NCBI GenBank assembly: GCA_963764625.1
Contig: CAVXTH010000001.1
Coordinates: 146,681 to 210,680 of the forward strand
Reading direction: 5' to 3'
Source: Candidatus Krumholzibacteriota bacterium
GTDB taxonomy: Bacteria; Krumholzibacteriota; Krumholzibacteriia; JAJRXK01
Length of the DNA: 64,000 nucleotides
In this document: piece after piece, positions 28,779 through 38,892 of the stretch
How the letters are laid out: the number at the start of each line of letters is the position of its first letter
How positions within the stretch are numbered: position 1 is the first letter of the stretch
Translations under genes and position numbers: made by a program
The notes under the pieces: model-generated
What the model was told of the DNA's origin: nothing
The model's input: only the letters and a program-made list of their open reading frames with translations
The model's database searches: none

Positions 28779-30878
28779 TCAAGGACATGCGCAAACGGTT
28801 CGCAATGGACCGCCGGCAAATGAGGATGCAGACCAGGTTCATGGCCTACTTCGGGGTCGTGGTCGTACTTCTCATGACTAGCGTCATTCTGCTCATGGAG
28901 ACCAGGCAGTCGACCACGATGTTGCGGCAGACGGAAATCCGCGGGGCCGCCGTGGCGCATTCGATCGCCTCCGTCGTGCTCCAGAGCCTCTACGAATACG
29001 ACTACGTCTATCTGCAACAGGCGGCGGAGACCGCGGCGCGCGACGAGGGCGTGGCCTACGTCATCATCTTGGACAAAGAAGGAACCGTCGCCGCCTATAG
29101 TGGGCACCCTCAGCGCGTGGGTCATCCCCCGATCGATCCCTATAGCCGTCAGGTGGAAAAAGCCAACGAGCAGGTGATCAATCGCATTCATCGCAAGCTC
29201 GACTACGGCGGAGAAGAGTCGCTTCTGGACATCGCGGTTCCAGTTCGCTCGGCCCAGGGTGGCGTGAAGTGGGGAACGATTCGCATCGGACTCTCTCTGC
29301 ACGCGATGAGCGCCGAGCTCTCACGCACCCGCACTCTGCTGGTGGCCTTGGGTCTGGGCGCCATCATGATCGTTCTGATTTCGGTGCGTTTCTTTTCGCG
29401 CCAGATCACGCAGCCCCTGGAGCAACTGGCCAGCGCGACCGCCACCGTGGCCAGCGGAAATCTCGAGCACGCGGTCAACGAGGACATCGTCGGGGAGTTG
29501 GGGGACCTCGCCCACAGCTTCAACAAGATGACGAACGACCTCAAACGCAGCCGGGATGCCATTCGCTACCAGAACCACCATCTGGAAAACATGGTGCAGG
29601 AGCGCACCGCCGCGCTGCGGGAAAAGGCACGCGAGCTGGAGCGCGCGAATGCCGAGCTCAAGGAGCTCGACCGCTTGAAGAGCGATTTTCTCAGCAACGT
29701 CAGCCACGAACTGCGCACGCCCCTGACCTCCATCCGCAGCTTTACCGAGATCCTGCTCGACGAGAACGTCTCGGTGGAAGAGGAGCAGAGGACAGAATTC
29801 CTCGAGATCATCTCTAGCCAGTCGGAGCGCTTGACCCGCTTGATCAGTGATCTTCTCGACCTCAGCAAGATCGAAGCGGGAGAGTTTCGCTGTCATTTGC
29901 AGAGTCTGGAGCTCGAAGATGTCGTTCATCCCGTGCTGGAGACTCTGCAGAGACTCGCCGGGGAGAGCGGCATCAGACTGGTCAACGAGGTCGGCGACGA
30001 CTCCCCCACCGTTCTCGCCGATTTCGACCGGCTCAGCCAGGTCATTACGAATCTGGTCGGCAACGCGTTGAAGTTCACCGATTCCGGCGGCTGTATCACG
30101 GTGAGTGCGAAAATCCACGATCATCGCCGCGGTGATTCGTGGAAGGAGATGGACTTTGCCGGAATGGAAGCCGACACGCCCGAGTCTGAGTAAATACCTG
30201 ATCGTCAACGTCGAGGACACCGGCTGCGGGATCAAACCAGAGGACCAAAAGCGAATTTTCGAAAAGTTTGGCCAGGTCGGCAATGTTCTCACCGACAAGC
30301 CCAAGGGAACCGGCCTCGGACTCACGATCTGCGGCACGATCCTCGTGCACCACGGAGGCGCACTGTGGGTGAAAAGCCAGGAGGGCAAGGGTAGTTGCTT
30401 CTCGTTCTCGCTGCCGGTGGTGACCCACACTTTCGTTGCCGAGAACGAGGAACGGAAGAACGACGAGTCCCGCGCCGCCGAGGAGGTCCAGCACATCCTG
30501 ACCGACGCGGTACAGCGAAGCGCGACCGGACCGAGGCTCTTGGTGGTCGATGACGAACCGTCGGTGGTCAACGCGATCTCCCGCTTCCTCGAACCAAGAG
30601 GCTACGAAAGCGTGGGATGCTACAGCGGTGACGGCGCCTTGAGCAAGGCTCGTGAGCTGAAGCCCGACGCCATTCTCTTGGACATTCTGCTTCCCGATCG
30701 CAATGGGTTCGATGTTCTCAAGGATCTGAAATCTTCCGCGGACACCAAGGATATCCCCGTCATCGTCGTCTCTGGGCTCGACGACTCGCACACCGCGTTC
30801 GAATTGGGCGCGGCAGACTTTGTTCGCAAACCATTCGACCTGGTATCACTCCTGGATAACGTGAGGGCCCTTGCATGA
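28775..30878 (+). CDS. Hybrid sensor histidine kinase (2 TM with periplasmic domain, HAMP, HisKA, HATPase, REC; frameshift near 30185)
   Basis: H-box SHELRTPLTSI, N-box NLVGNALKFT; next frame has VEDTGCGI, GTGLGL and receiver LLVVDDE..LLDILLP..KP. Confidence 0.9.
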
Positions 30879-31270
30879 GCACCACCCAGGAACCCTACAT
30901 TTTGGTAGCGGATGACGATGCTCTCGTCTTGAAGTCGCTGCAGTTCATTCTGCAGGGTGCTGGCTATCGCGTGGTCACCGTGGCGGACGGCGCCGCGGCG
31001 TTCGAGCAACTTCACATCGAGAAACCCGTACTCGCGCTCTTGGACGTCATGATGCCGCACTTGAACGGCCTCGATCTCTGTCGACGCATCAAGACCGACG
31101 ATTCCCTGAGTGACATCAAGGTCTTCCTCGTCACCGCGCGAGCCATGGCGGCCGAGCGTGAGCGTGGTCTCCAAGCCGGTGCCGATGAATACATCACCAA
31201 GCCATTCAGCAATCGCGACATCATCGACAAGGTCGCGGAAGTTCTCGCGCCCAGCGAAGCCACCGAGTAG
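30875..31270 (+). CDS. Single-domain response regulator (receiver only)
   Basis: ILVADDD, LLDVMMP, VTA and YITKPF; ATGA overlap with the kinase. Confidence 0.92.
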   Translation: MSTTQEPYILVADDDALVLKSLQFILQGAGYRVVTVADGAAAFEQLHIEKPVLALLDVMMPHLNGLDLCRRIKTDDSLSDIKVFLVTARAMAAERERGLQAGADEYITKPFSNRDIIDKVAEVLAPSEATE

Positions 31271-31313
31271 AGCGCCTGGCCTCCTTCTGCCGACTCAAGC
31301 TTCCTCGAGTCCC

Positions 31314-32088
31314 TCAGAGTCTCAAATCGTCGTGCGCCTCCACTTGCTCGGGAAAAATTCCGTCGCCAGTAGTACACGGCCGCGTAGAAAAACGGTGTAT
31401 CGCACAGCGCCATCATGACCTTGAAGACCCATCCGCTCACGATCATCTGCGGGATGCGACCCTGAATGTCCGTTCCCAAGAAGAGCAGGCTTACCACCAG
31501 GGTGGTGTCCACCAGCTGACTGGTGATGGTGGAGAAGTTGTTGCGGATCCACAGGTGTTTGCCCTTGGTGAGACGACGCCAATAGTGAAAGAGTTGAATG
31601 TCAATCAGTTGCGCCACCAGATAGGCGACCATGCTCGCGGCTACCGCCCGGCTGGTCCGGCCGAAGATTTGATGGAAATAGGTGTCGAGTTTCTCGGCCG
31701 GGAGCTCCTTCCCCGTCACCGCGTCCGCGCCGCTCAAAGTGCGCAGGGTCGAATGAAACAATCCATCATCGCCAGCGCGAATCCTGTCCGCGAGCACTAC
31801 CACGATCACTACGAAGACGCTAGCGGCCAACCCGGCCACCACCACCTGATTGGCTCTCTTCTTCCCGTAGCATTCGCTGAGGATGTCGGTGACCAGAAAG
31901 GTGATGGGATAGGGAATGATCCCCGCCGATAGGTAGAAGAAATTCTTCAGCCCGAAGGGTTCCCAGACGAAAAATTTCTGCACGATGAGATTGCAGACCA
32001 CCAACGACGCAATGAACACCGCGCCCAGGTACACGTAGCCCTGCTCATAGCGTTCTTCGGTCGAATTCAGTCCGGGACGCGCGCTCAC
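31314..32088 (-). CDS. Queuosine precursor transporter (YhhQ/VUT family)
   Basis: YPITFLVTDILSECYGKKRA, ASMVAYLVAQLIDI and LWIRNNFSTITSQLVDT. Removing one base from the A run at 31353-31357 gives NFPEQVEAHDDLRL* ending at 31314 instead of read-through to 31012. Confidence 0.85.
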
Positions 32089-32130
32089 GAGACAGGCCTT
32101 CCCGTGAGCGCGCCGAGAAATCGCTTGGAA

Positions 32131-33806
32131 TCACTCCCCGCCACTTGAGCCCACCGCGTACACGGGATCCACGTCGACCGGGATTGCGTTCAGCTTGTCC
32201 AGCACCGACTGCATGGCCGGCGTGATTCTCATGTACTTGTCGTGGAAGCGCTGCGCTCCGTCGTAGTCGCCCAAGGCCTGGATCATGAGCAGATCGTGGG
32301 CGAGATCGCGAACCCCCGCCCGGAAATAGTCGGGGACCGGCCGGAAATGTCCGTCGTCGGTGACCTCGACCGCTCCGTGTTCGATGAGGTAGTTGAGCTG
32401 CATCGCCACCGCCTGACCGTGCGCGGAGCCCACCCCGAAGCGCACCGCGCGGAAGAACCCGCCACCACGGTCCAGGGCAGATCGACGACGAGCTGAGAAT
32501 CGAGCACGCTCTTGTCCGACAGCGCGTAGAGATTGTAGATCCCCACCACGTCGGCCTTGGCCTCCTCGAAAGCCGAATACAGGTCCTTCAGTTCCAGCCG
32601 TACTTCGGTCTTGCGGCCGTCGATCTCGATTTGACCGGGACCCAGCCCGTGGGCCAATTCGTGGAACAGAATGAAATGGAAGTAGGAGTCGAAATCGAGG
32701 TGCTCGCGCTCGTTCGGTGGCAAGACGATTCCCGCAATCGGGGTGAGAACCGCGTCATACTTGGCCTTGATGATGTTCTTCAGAAGCACCTTCTTGCTGC
32801 CCTTGGCCTCGCGCACGCGCTCGTCGTTGGGAAGGTTGAAGGCGAGAGTCTGAACCCCGGCGCGCGCGTCGCCCGCGGTGAAGATTTCGTCCGCTACCCG
32901 AATGGGCGAATCGCTTCCCCGGTCGAAGTTCTTGTGCTCATCTGGAATGGGCAGATTGCGTTCGAGGAACGGCAGCTCTCCCTTGAATTTGTCGAGCGCC
33001 TCGCTGTCCTGGGGATTCACCACGCAAAGGAAGGACTCGAACGAGGCCTTGTATCCGAAGAGTCCGTCTTCGTAGGTCTCGTACGGGCCGATCACGACTT
33101 CCAGCGCGCCGGCCAGGTCCATCCAGTCCATGTCACTCTGGAAATAGTCGTCGTCCTGGAAGGCCTTGGCGCGGCTCCGTAGAAACTTGGCGAGCGTCGG
33201 ATCGTTGGTGAGATCGGCCGCAAGAATCAATTCGCGCGCCGCCGCCGCCAATTGATCGGCGTAGGCCTTGCTGTAGGGAACTGCCACCAGGTCCTTGTCG
33301 TGCCTCTCGATGAGCGTGGTGAGGCTCCGGAAAGATTTCGCGTCTTGCGGGTGCGCCTTCAGCCAGGCCCCGAAGTCCTCTTTACTCATGTCCTCCGGAT
33401 AGAATCCGGCGCCTTCGGGGTGGACGATCCCGTTGACGAAGGGCTCGAAGTCCTTGAGCCGATCCCAGGGGCCGCGGTTGATGCGGTAGTAGTCTTTGAA
33501 TTCGGTGGCATGAGGACCGTCGTAGGCGTCCACCTGCTTCTTGAATTCGGGGTTCTTGCGCCAGACCTGAAGATCGAAAATGGAATCGATGTGCTGAGAA
33601 GCCTTGACCAGATGATCGACGGCCGCGCGATCGCCGGCCGAAAGATGAGTCAGATCGGCCCCCAGCTGGAGCTGAACGAATTGGGCGCGGCGAACCGCGA
33701 TGTCATCGACGACTTGCAAGGGTTTTTCCTTCTGCTTCGAACACGCGACCCAAGTCAAACCGAGGCTAAAGAGAAGAAAGGCAAAAAGCGCGCGACGCAC
33801 GAACAT
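32131..33806 (-). CDS. Peptidase M49 (DPP III-like) zinc-binding lipoprotein (frameshift near 32458)
   Basis: Lipobox-like WVAC; GPYETYED, AFNLPNDE, HELAHGLGP and EEAKAD; after the shift FFRAVRFGVGSAHG. Confidence 0.85.
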
Positions 33807-33908
33807 TGGGGGCCTCCGAACTCTCCGCGGGTATTTCCGTGCGAGAAGGGGCAATGATGAACGCATCGGCTTTGCTTGGCAAGCCAAAGCCTTCTCACCG
33901 TATTCGAG

Positions 33909-34745
33909 CTATCCGGGCCCGGAGTAGCTTCCTGCGAGAATGGCCGCTACGAGGAGCGCATCGACGATGAGATGGACGAGAAGTACGTACAGGAGGTTCT
34001 CCGACTCCTCGAACATCATGCCCTGGGTCCACGCAAAGAAATAGACGATCCAGAGTCCGCTTCCGGTGAACGCCATGTCGTAGAGAACACAGGTGTAGAG
34101 GACCGCTTGCGCCGCGTTGGCGGTCTTGAATCCAAACAAGCTGCGCAGGATCGCGTACGAAGTGTTCACGAAGAACAGCTCGTCCCAGATCCCCACCGCG
34201 TTGACGCCCACGATGAGCCGCAGCGTCTGCTCCGGGTCTTTGACCTGGGGAAGAGGCCAGTGATTCGGCATGAAGGGATCGACCAACCAGTAGAACTTCA
34301 GAAGGAAGTAGGCGAGAGGAACCGAGAGAACGACGTAGAGGATGTCGATCCAGCGGAATCGCCTCGGCCACAGTGCGAAGCGAATCACTCCCGGATCGGT
34401 CCGGCGCAAGAGGAGAGCCGGCACCACCACCACCGCCGCGAACGGCAGCCCCACCTGCAGGAAATTCCGGTTGTCGAGTCCGGTGTTGATGTCACAGATA
34501 GTGAGCACGAGGATACAGCCCAGCAGCACGCCCATCCTCCGCCGCAACGACGGCTCCTCGTCGCTCAAAAGCAGACTACCGGTGGCCAAGAGAGCGAGCC
34601 CGCCCCACAGATAGTTCTGCACCGCGATGCACAGGATGATCGACGCCGCGAAGGATACGAGCAGTGCAACGCGCCGCCGGTTCAGCGTCAGCGGAGACGA
34701 AGGCGAGTACGGGGCAAGCGAAGGGTCCATTTCCCCATGATTCAC
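33909..34745 (-). CDS. CPBP/CAAX (Abi)-family intramembrane metalloprotease-like protein
   Basis: Multi-TM; WDELFF and late HLIVD motifs (variants of EExxxR and HxxxN). Start uncertain. Confidence 0.7.
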   Translation of the reverse strand: MNHGEMDPSLAPYSPSSPLTLNRRRVALLVSFAASIILCIAVQNYLWGGLALLATGSLLLSDEEPSLRRRMGVLLGCILVLTICDINTGLDNRNFLQVGLPFAAVVVVPALLLRRTDPGVIRFALWPRRFRWIDILYVVLSVPLAYFLLKFYWLVDPFMPNHWPLPQVKDPEQTLRLIVGVNAVGIWDELFFVNTSYAILRSLFGFKTANAAQAVLYTCVLYDMAFTGSGLWIVYFFAWTQGMMFEESENLLYVLLVHLIVDALLVAAILAGSYSGPG

Positions 34746-34840
34746 GCTCTTGGGGCTACTTTCAAGCCACGAGCGCCGAAGCGGAGCACAGCCTCCACTT
34801 GTCCCTTGCCTGTCGGACGATCGTTCACCACATTGGCCGC

Positions 34841-35671
34841 ATGAACGCGAACCGCCCGCAGGACCCGCAGGAAGTGACTTCGCATCCCCGTCTGAAGTGG
34901 CGCGGAATGCTCATCCCGGCCGAGCACGGATCCTGGAATCTGCTGCTCGAGCCCGTCGCCCTGGGCTGTTTGGTCGCGCCCTCGCTTTCAGCAGCCTGGC
35001 TCGGCGTGTCCGCTTTAGCCCTGCTCCTGGCGCGCACTCCGCTCTTGAAGATGTTGCAGTCCCCGCGCGGAACCGCCGCGCGCCCCTTGCCCCGCGTGGC
35101 GAGGATCTGGGCTGTCGGCTGGTCGGCGGTGGCGCTGCTCGGAGTACTGATGGCGGTGGGAAGAAGCGGAGCAACCATCCTAGTTCCTCTGGCCCTCGCG
35201 CTTCCGCTCTCGGTCTATCAACTGCGGTCGCAGAGGCGGCGGCGCGCGCGGGATCTTTCCGCCGAGCTCGCAGGCGGGCTGGCCCTCTCCACCTCGACCA
35301 TGATGATCGCGCTCGCCGGCGGATTCTCCCTCGGCGCGGCAGCGGTCCTCTGGCTCTTGCCCGCGCTACGCGTCACTCTGTCCATCCTCTACATCCGCGC
35401 CCGCCTGCGCCTTGGTCGCGGGGAGGGCGTCGCGATCGACGACGTACTCGACGCGCACATGGTGGTGTTGGTGGTCCTCGTCGGATTGGCGATCGGGGGA
35501 TGGGTTCCCGGTCTCGCGGCAGCCGCATTCGCCGTTCTGGGGCTTCGGGCGCTGATCGAATTGTTGCGCAAGGAGCGAGGTTCCTCGGCGCGCAGGCTCG
35601 GGCTGATCGAAGTGAGCTTGGGGATCGTCTTCGTGGTGATGACCGCGGCGGGGTTTCGGGCTGGACTCTAG
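34841..35671 (+). CDS. YwiC-like membrane protein
   Basis: IPAEHGSW N-terminal motif; about 8 TM; ARRLGLIE near the C-terminus. Confidence 0.8.
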   Translation: MNANRPQDPQEVTSHPRLKWRGMLIPAEHGSWNLLLEPVALGCLVAPSLSAAWLGVSALALLLARTPLLKMLQSPRGTAARPLPRVARIWAVGWSAVALLGVLMAVGRSGATILVPLALALPLSVYQLRSQRRRRARDLSAELAGGLALSTSTMMIALAGGFSLGAAAVLWLLPALRVTLSILYIRARLRLGRGEGVAIDDVLDAHMVVLVVLVGLAIGGWVPGLAAAAFAVLGLRALIELLRKERGSSARRLGLIEVSLGIVFVVMTAAGFRAGL

Positions 35672-35696
35672 AGGCGATCCCTCTCTTCTTCTAGGC

Positions 35697-36476
35697 TCAT
35701 TCTTCTTCCTTTCTCGACTCTTTGACCTGGCGCGCACTCCACAGCATCTGCCGTGCGAGACCTCGGATCATGTGCGCCTCGCGGCGGTACAGACGCGCCC
35801 GCGAGAAGATTTCCCTATAGCTTCGCATCAGAGCATCGACCGTATGGGGGTACGCGTAACCGATTTCGAGAAAGGCTCCGCGGAGATGGGCAAACAGCTC
35901 CTCCTGCTCCTTCGCTGGACTCAAGTGATCGGGATGAGGCGCGCGGGTTTGCCTCGGCTTCAGGGCGGGCATCTTCGGGTCCTTGCGCAGGCGGGCCATC
36001 AGAAACTCATAGCCGGTCAGAAGTACCGCTTGGGCCAGATTGTAGCTGGGGTGCTCGAAGGAAGAGGGGATCCACACCAGTTCGGTGCAGTGATCCAGCT
36101 CCTCGGTCCTCAGTCCCTCCCGCTCGTTCCCGAACACGAGATGCGTGCGAACTGCTTGGGTTTCGAGCGCTTCGTCCACCCACGACTCGGTGAAATCGCG
36201 CAGCATCGAATACCCACGGCGCTGCCGCCGCCGCGCCGTGAACCCGACCACGCGCCGACCGTCGGCCACCGCTTCGCTCAGATCCGAAACCCGCGGCGCC
36301 GCCTCGAGGATGTCCTCGGCGCCATGCGCGAACATCAAGGCCTCGTTTTCGTCCTGAAAACTGGGAGCGACCAGCCGCAGGGCGCCCATTCCGGTGTTCT
36401 TCACCGCGCGCGCGGCGGCGCCCGCGTTGCCCCCGAACATGGTGCGGACGAGGACGACAGTGCAGTGTTCGAGCAT
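35697..36476 (-). CDS. TrmJ/LasT-family SPOUT RNA 2'-O-methyltransferase
   Basis: VVLV..GNAGAAARAVKNTG, FTAR, VFGNEREGL and SYNLAQAV. Confidence 0.9.
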   Translation of the reverse strand: MLEHCTVVLVRTMFGGNAGAAARAVKNTGMGALRLVAPSFQDENEALMFAHGAEDILEAAPRVSDLSEAVADGRRVVGFTARRRQRRGYSMLRDFTESWVDEALETQAVRTHLVFGNEREGLRTEELDHCTELVWIPSSFEHPSYNLAQAVLLTGYEFLMARLRKDPKMPALKPRQTRAPHPDHLSPAKEQEELFAHLRGAFLEIGYAYPHTVDALMRSYREIFSRARLYRREAHMIRGLARQMLWSARQVKESRKEEE

Positions 36477-36579
36477 GAAGTCTCGCTCCCTTTCGCGCGG
36501 AAATCGTCACGAAGGCCATGATACGGCAAGCTGCTTTGCGGAGCAGGGAGAAATGTGCCCGTGCCTGTGAGGGAGGAAC

Positions 36580-37851
36580 TCAGTTGGGCTCGAAGCCCAT
36601 TCCACGGACCACTTGTGAGGTGGCCATTTCGGCCCACACCATGCCCGCACTCATCTGGCGTTCGAAGCGCACGGCCCCATCGGAAAGCGTGGTACGGAGC
36701 AGAGATCCGTCGAGCGTGCCCATGAGTTTGGCTTGCGGATCGTTCGCAGTGAAGCTCGTGGTCTCGTCGAGCGCGTAGAAGGCGCCGGTCAAGGCGCTGG
36801 AGGTTCGAGTGAACTCCGGCGTGTGGCTGTGATTGTCCCACAACAGAGACCAGCTCCGCCCGCGCCGCGGCGTACACCACGACTCCCCTTCGATCGTGGC
36901 GATCAGATCCAGTGACTGCAATTGGGTGTAGTACCAAACCGTGGGAGGAAAGTCCTCGAGTACCACTCCCGCGACGTGGGCCGTGAACTCCGGCCGCCGT
37001 AGAGGACGATCGCCGTTAGCCACCTGAATGAAGCCTTCACCGAAGCGATCCTGCAGTTCATCGATGTAGGCGACCTGCCACTCTTGCCACGCGGTGAGAT
37101 CGTCTGGGTCGTCGAGAATCCCCACGCCATCGCGATCGAAATCAGCCTGCTGCGTGTCCGGATTCTCGGGACGCGGCCAGATGTACGCGTTGATGGAGAC
37201 GTTGTCGTGAAAGATCCCGTCGATGGCCCCCTCAAACTCGGTGGCGTAGTGCGCAATGATGTCGACCTGCGCCAGCATGAGGGGGCGGTCGTAGTCCATG
37301 CCGCTGCGCCAGGGGTTCACCATCGGAGCCCCCTCCCATTTGGTGGCGACCACGCCATCGGTGCGATAGGCGGTGTGAGAGGAGAGTAGATCGTACAGGT
37401 CGCGGCTCATGGGAAAACGCTCGCGGTGTTGCGCCCCGTTCCAGCCCTCGTAGTAGGCCTCGACGTCCAGGATTCCCAAGATGACGATCTGGGGATTGAG
37501 ACTGCGAATGCGCGCCAAGGGAGCCTGGGCCTCCGGAGAGAGAAGGAGGCGAAGCTGGAACGCGGCCATGGAGGAGGCGGCGATGTCCTGCAGCTGTTCG
37601 TCGGTGTAGAACGAGAGATTCAGGGTTCGATCGATCCAGGCCTGCGCCGGGTAGGCGATCGCGGGCACGGGGGCGGAACTGACTTTGGGTGGCATGATGG
37701 GGGTGTAGCCGGGCCCGCCGGGCAGGAGGGGATCGAGGGGATCGCCCGAGCTCTGACACCCCGCCAAGAGCAGGGTCAAAAAGAACCCAACGAAGAGAAT
37801 CCAGCGATGCCGCAGCGAAGTCGATAGCAGTTTGCACGAGTAGCCTCTTCA
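36580..37851 (-). CDS. Hypothetical lipoprotein, possibly glycoside-hydrolase-like TIM barrel
   Basis: Lipobox LLAGC; IRSLNPQIVIL, IDGIFHDN and GVVLEDF. The start probably needs a shift from ATG at 37851, or lies near 37779. Confidence 0.55.
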
Positions 37852-37995
37852 TGGAATCCTGCGCGAGGCATGCCGGGACATCACGGGAAAGCATGTGCTC
37901 TCCCCAGGACACATCCATCGCGCTCCCTCATGAAGTGCAGGGGCCAGGCCAAGCGGCGCAAGGGCGGGCGGCGGGGTCGATTCTCCGAAGGAGTT

Positions 37996-38760
37996 TCAGC
38001 GCGAAGATGAGTTGGACGCGGAGGGCGGCTCCGCGCCCTGACGCAGGAGTTCGGCGATCACCATGGCCATCGCCGCCTGCAGATTATAGGAAGGAATGAA
38101 CCCCTCCATGGGAAGCCGCAGAACTTCGTCCGCCCCGGCGAGTATCGCCTCGGGGACCCCTGTTTCCTCCGCCCCCACCACGAAGAGCGAGGCCGGAGAA
38201 AGAGCACATTCCCACGGAGCGCGGGTTCCGCGATCTTCCACCGCGATGATGCGCCGGCCCGCGGCTCGGGCGAGGGCACAGGCCTCTTCGCCGTCGGCCC
38301 ACAGGACGGGCATGAAGCGTCCCGCATACATCGAGGCCCGCAGGGCTTTCCGTCGGGCCGGACCGTCGAATTCGGTGTCGAGTACGATGCCGGCCGCGCC
38401 GGAGACCTCGGCGCAGCGGATGGCGTAGCCCGCGTTGCCCGGATAGGTGATTCCGCTGAGAATCCAGGCCGGATGGTGGGTTTGCGCCATCCAACTCGAA
38501 GCAGGCGCCGAAGGATCGGGACCGAAGAGCGCGAGCATGGCGGGCTCTCCTGCGGCGTTTTGCATGCGCCTCAGATCGTTCCGGCTCGCGCCCAGGATCT
38601 TCACCCCCTCACGCCGCAACCGGCCCAGGAGCTCTTCTGAGCGCCGGTCGCCAAGATCCCGCCGTGAGAGAACGAGCCGCAACGCGACTCCCGCGTCCAG
38701 AGCAGCCTCGATCGCGTCGCATCCAGCATACTGACGGCGAAGGGGCGCGCGCTTCACCAC
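37996..38760 (-). CDS. TrmH/SpoU-family RNA methyltransferase
   Basis: YPGNAGYAIRCAEVSGA, VVGAEETGV and LPMEGFIPSYNLQAA. Start uncertain. Confidence 0.85.
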   Translation of the reverse strand: MVKRAPLRRQYAGCDAIEAALDAGVALRLVLSRRDLGDRRSEELLGRLRREGVKILGASRNDLRRMQNAAGEPAMLALFGPDPSAPASSWMAQTHHPAWILSGITYPGNAGYAIRCAEVSGAAGIVLDTEFDGPARRKALRASMYAGRFMPVLWADGEEACALARAAGRRIIAVEDRGTRAPWECALSPASLFVVGAEETGVPEAILAGADEVLRLPMEGFIPSYNLQAAMAMVIAELLRQGAEPPSASNSSSR

Positions 38761-38892
38761 GAGACCCTCGCGACATTGACGCTGGTGAAGCAGGCGATCA
38801 TCGCGATGCCTCCGGGAAGGAAGAGCGCGGCCGAGGGGCGCCCTTCGCCTCGCCCGAGAGGAGAAGCCAAAGCAGGTGACCACGCCGGATGC

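Noticed and set aside
30180-30200. Programmed frameshift or stop readthrough in the histidine kinase
   Set aside because: No slippery heptamer or stimulatory structure seen; similar breaks occur throughout the window.
31012-31313. Apparent 259-bp antisense overlap of the transporter ORF with the response regulator
   Set aside because: One extra base in the A run at 31353-31357 explains it; the corrected frame stops at 31314.
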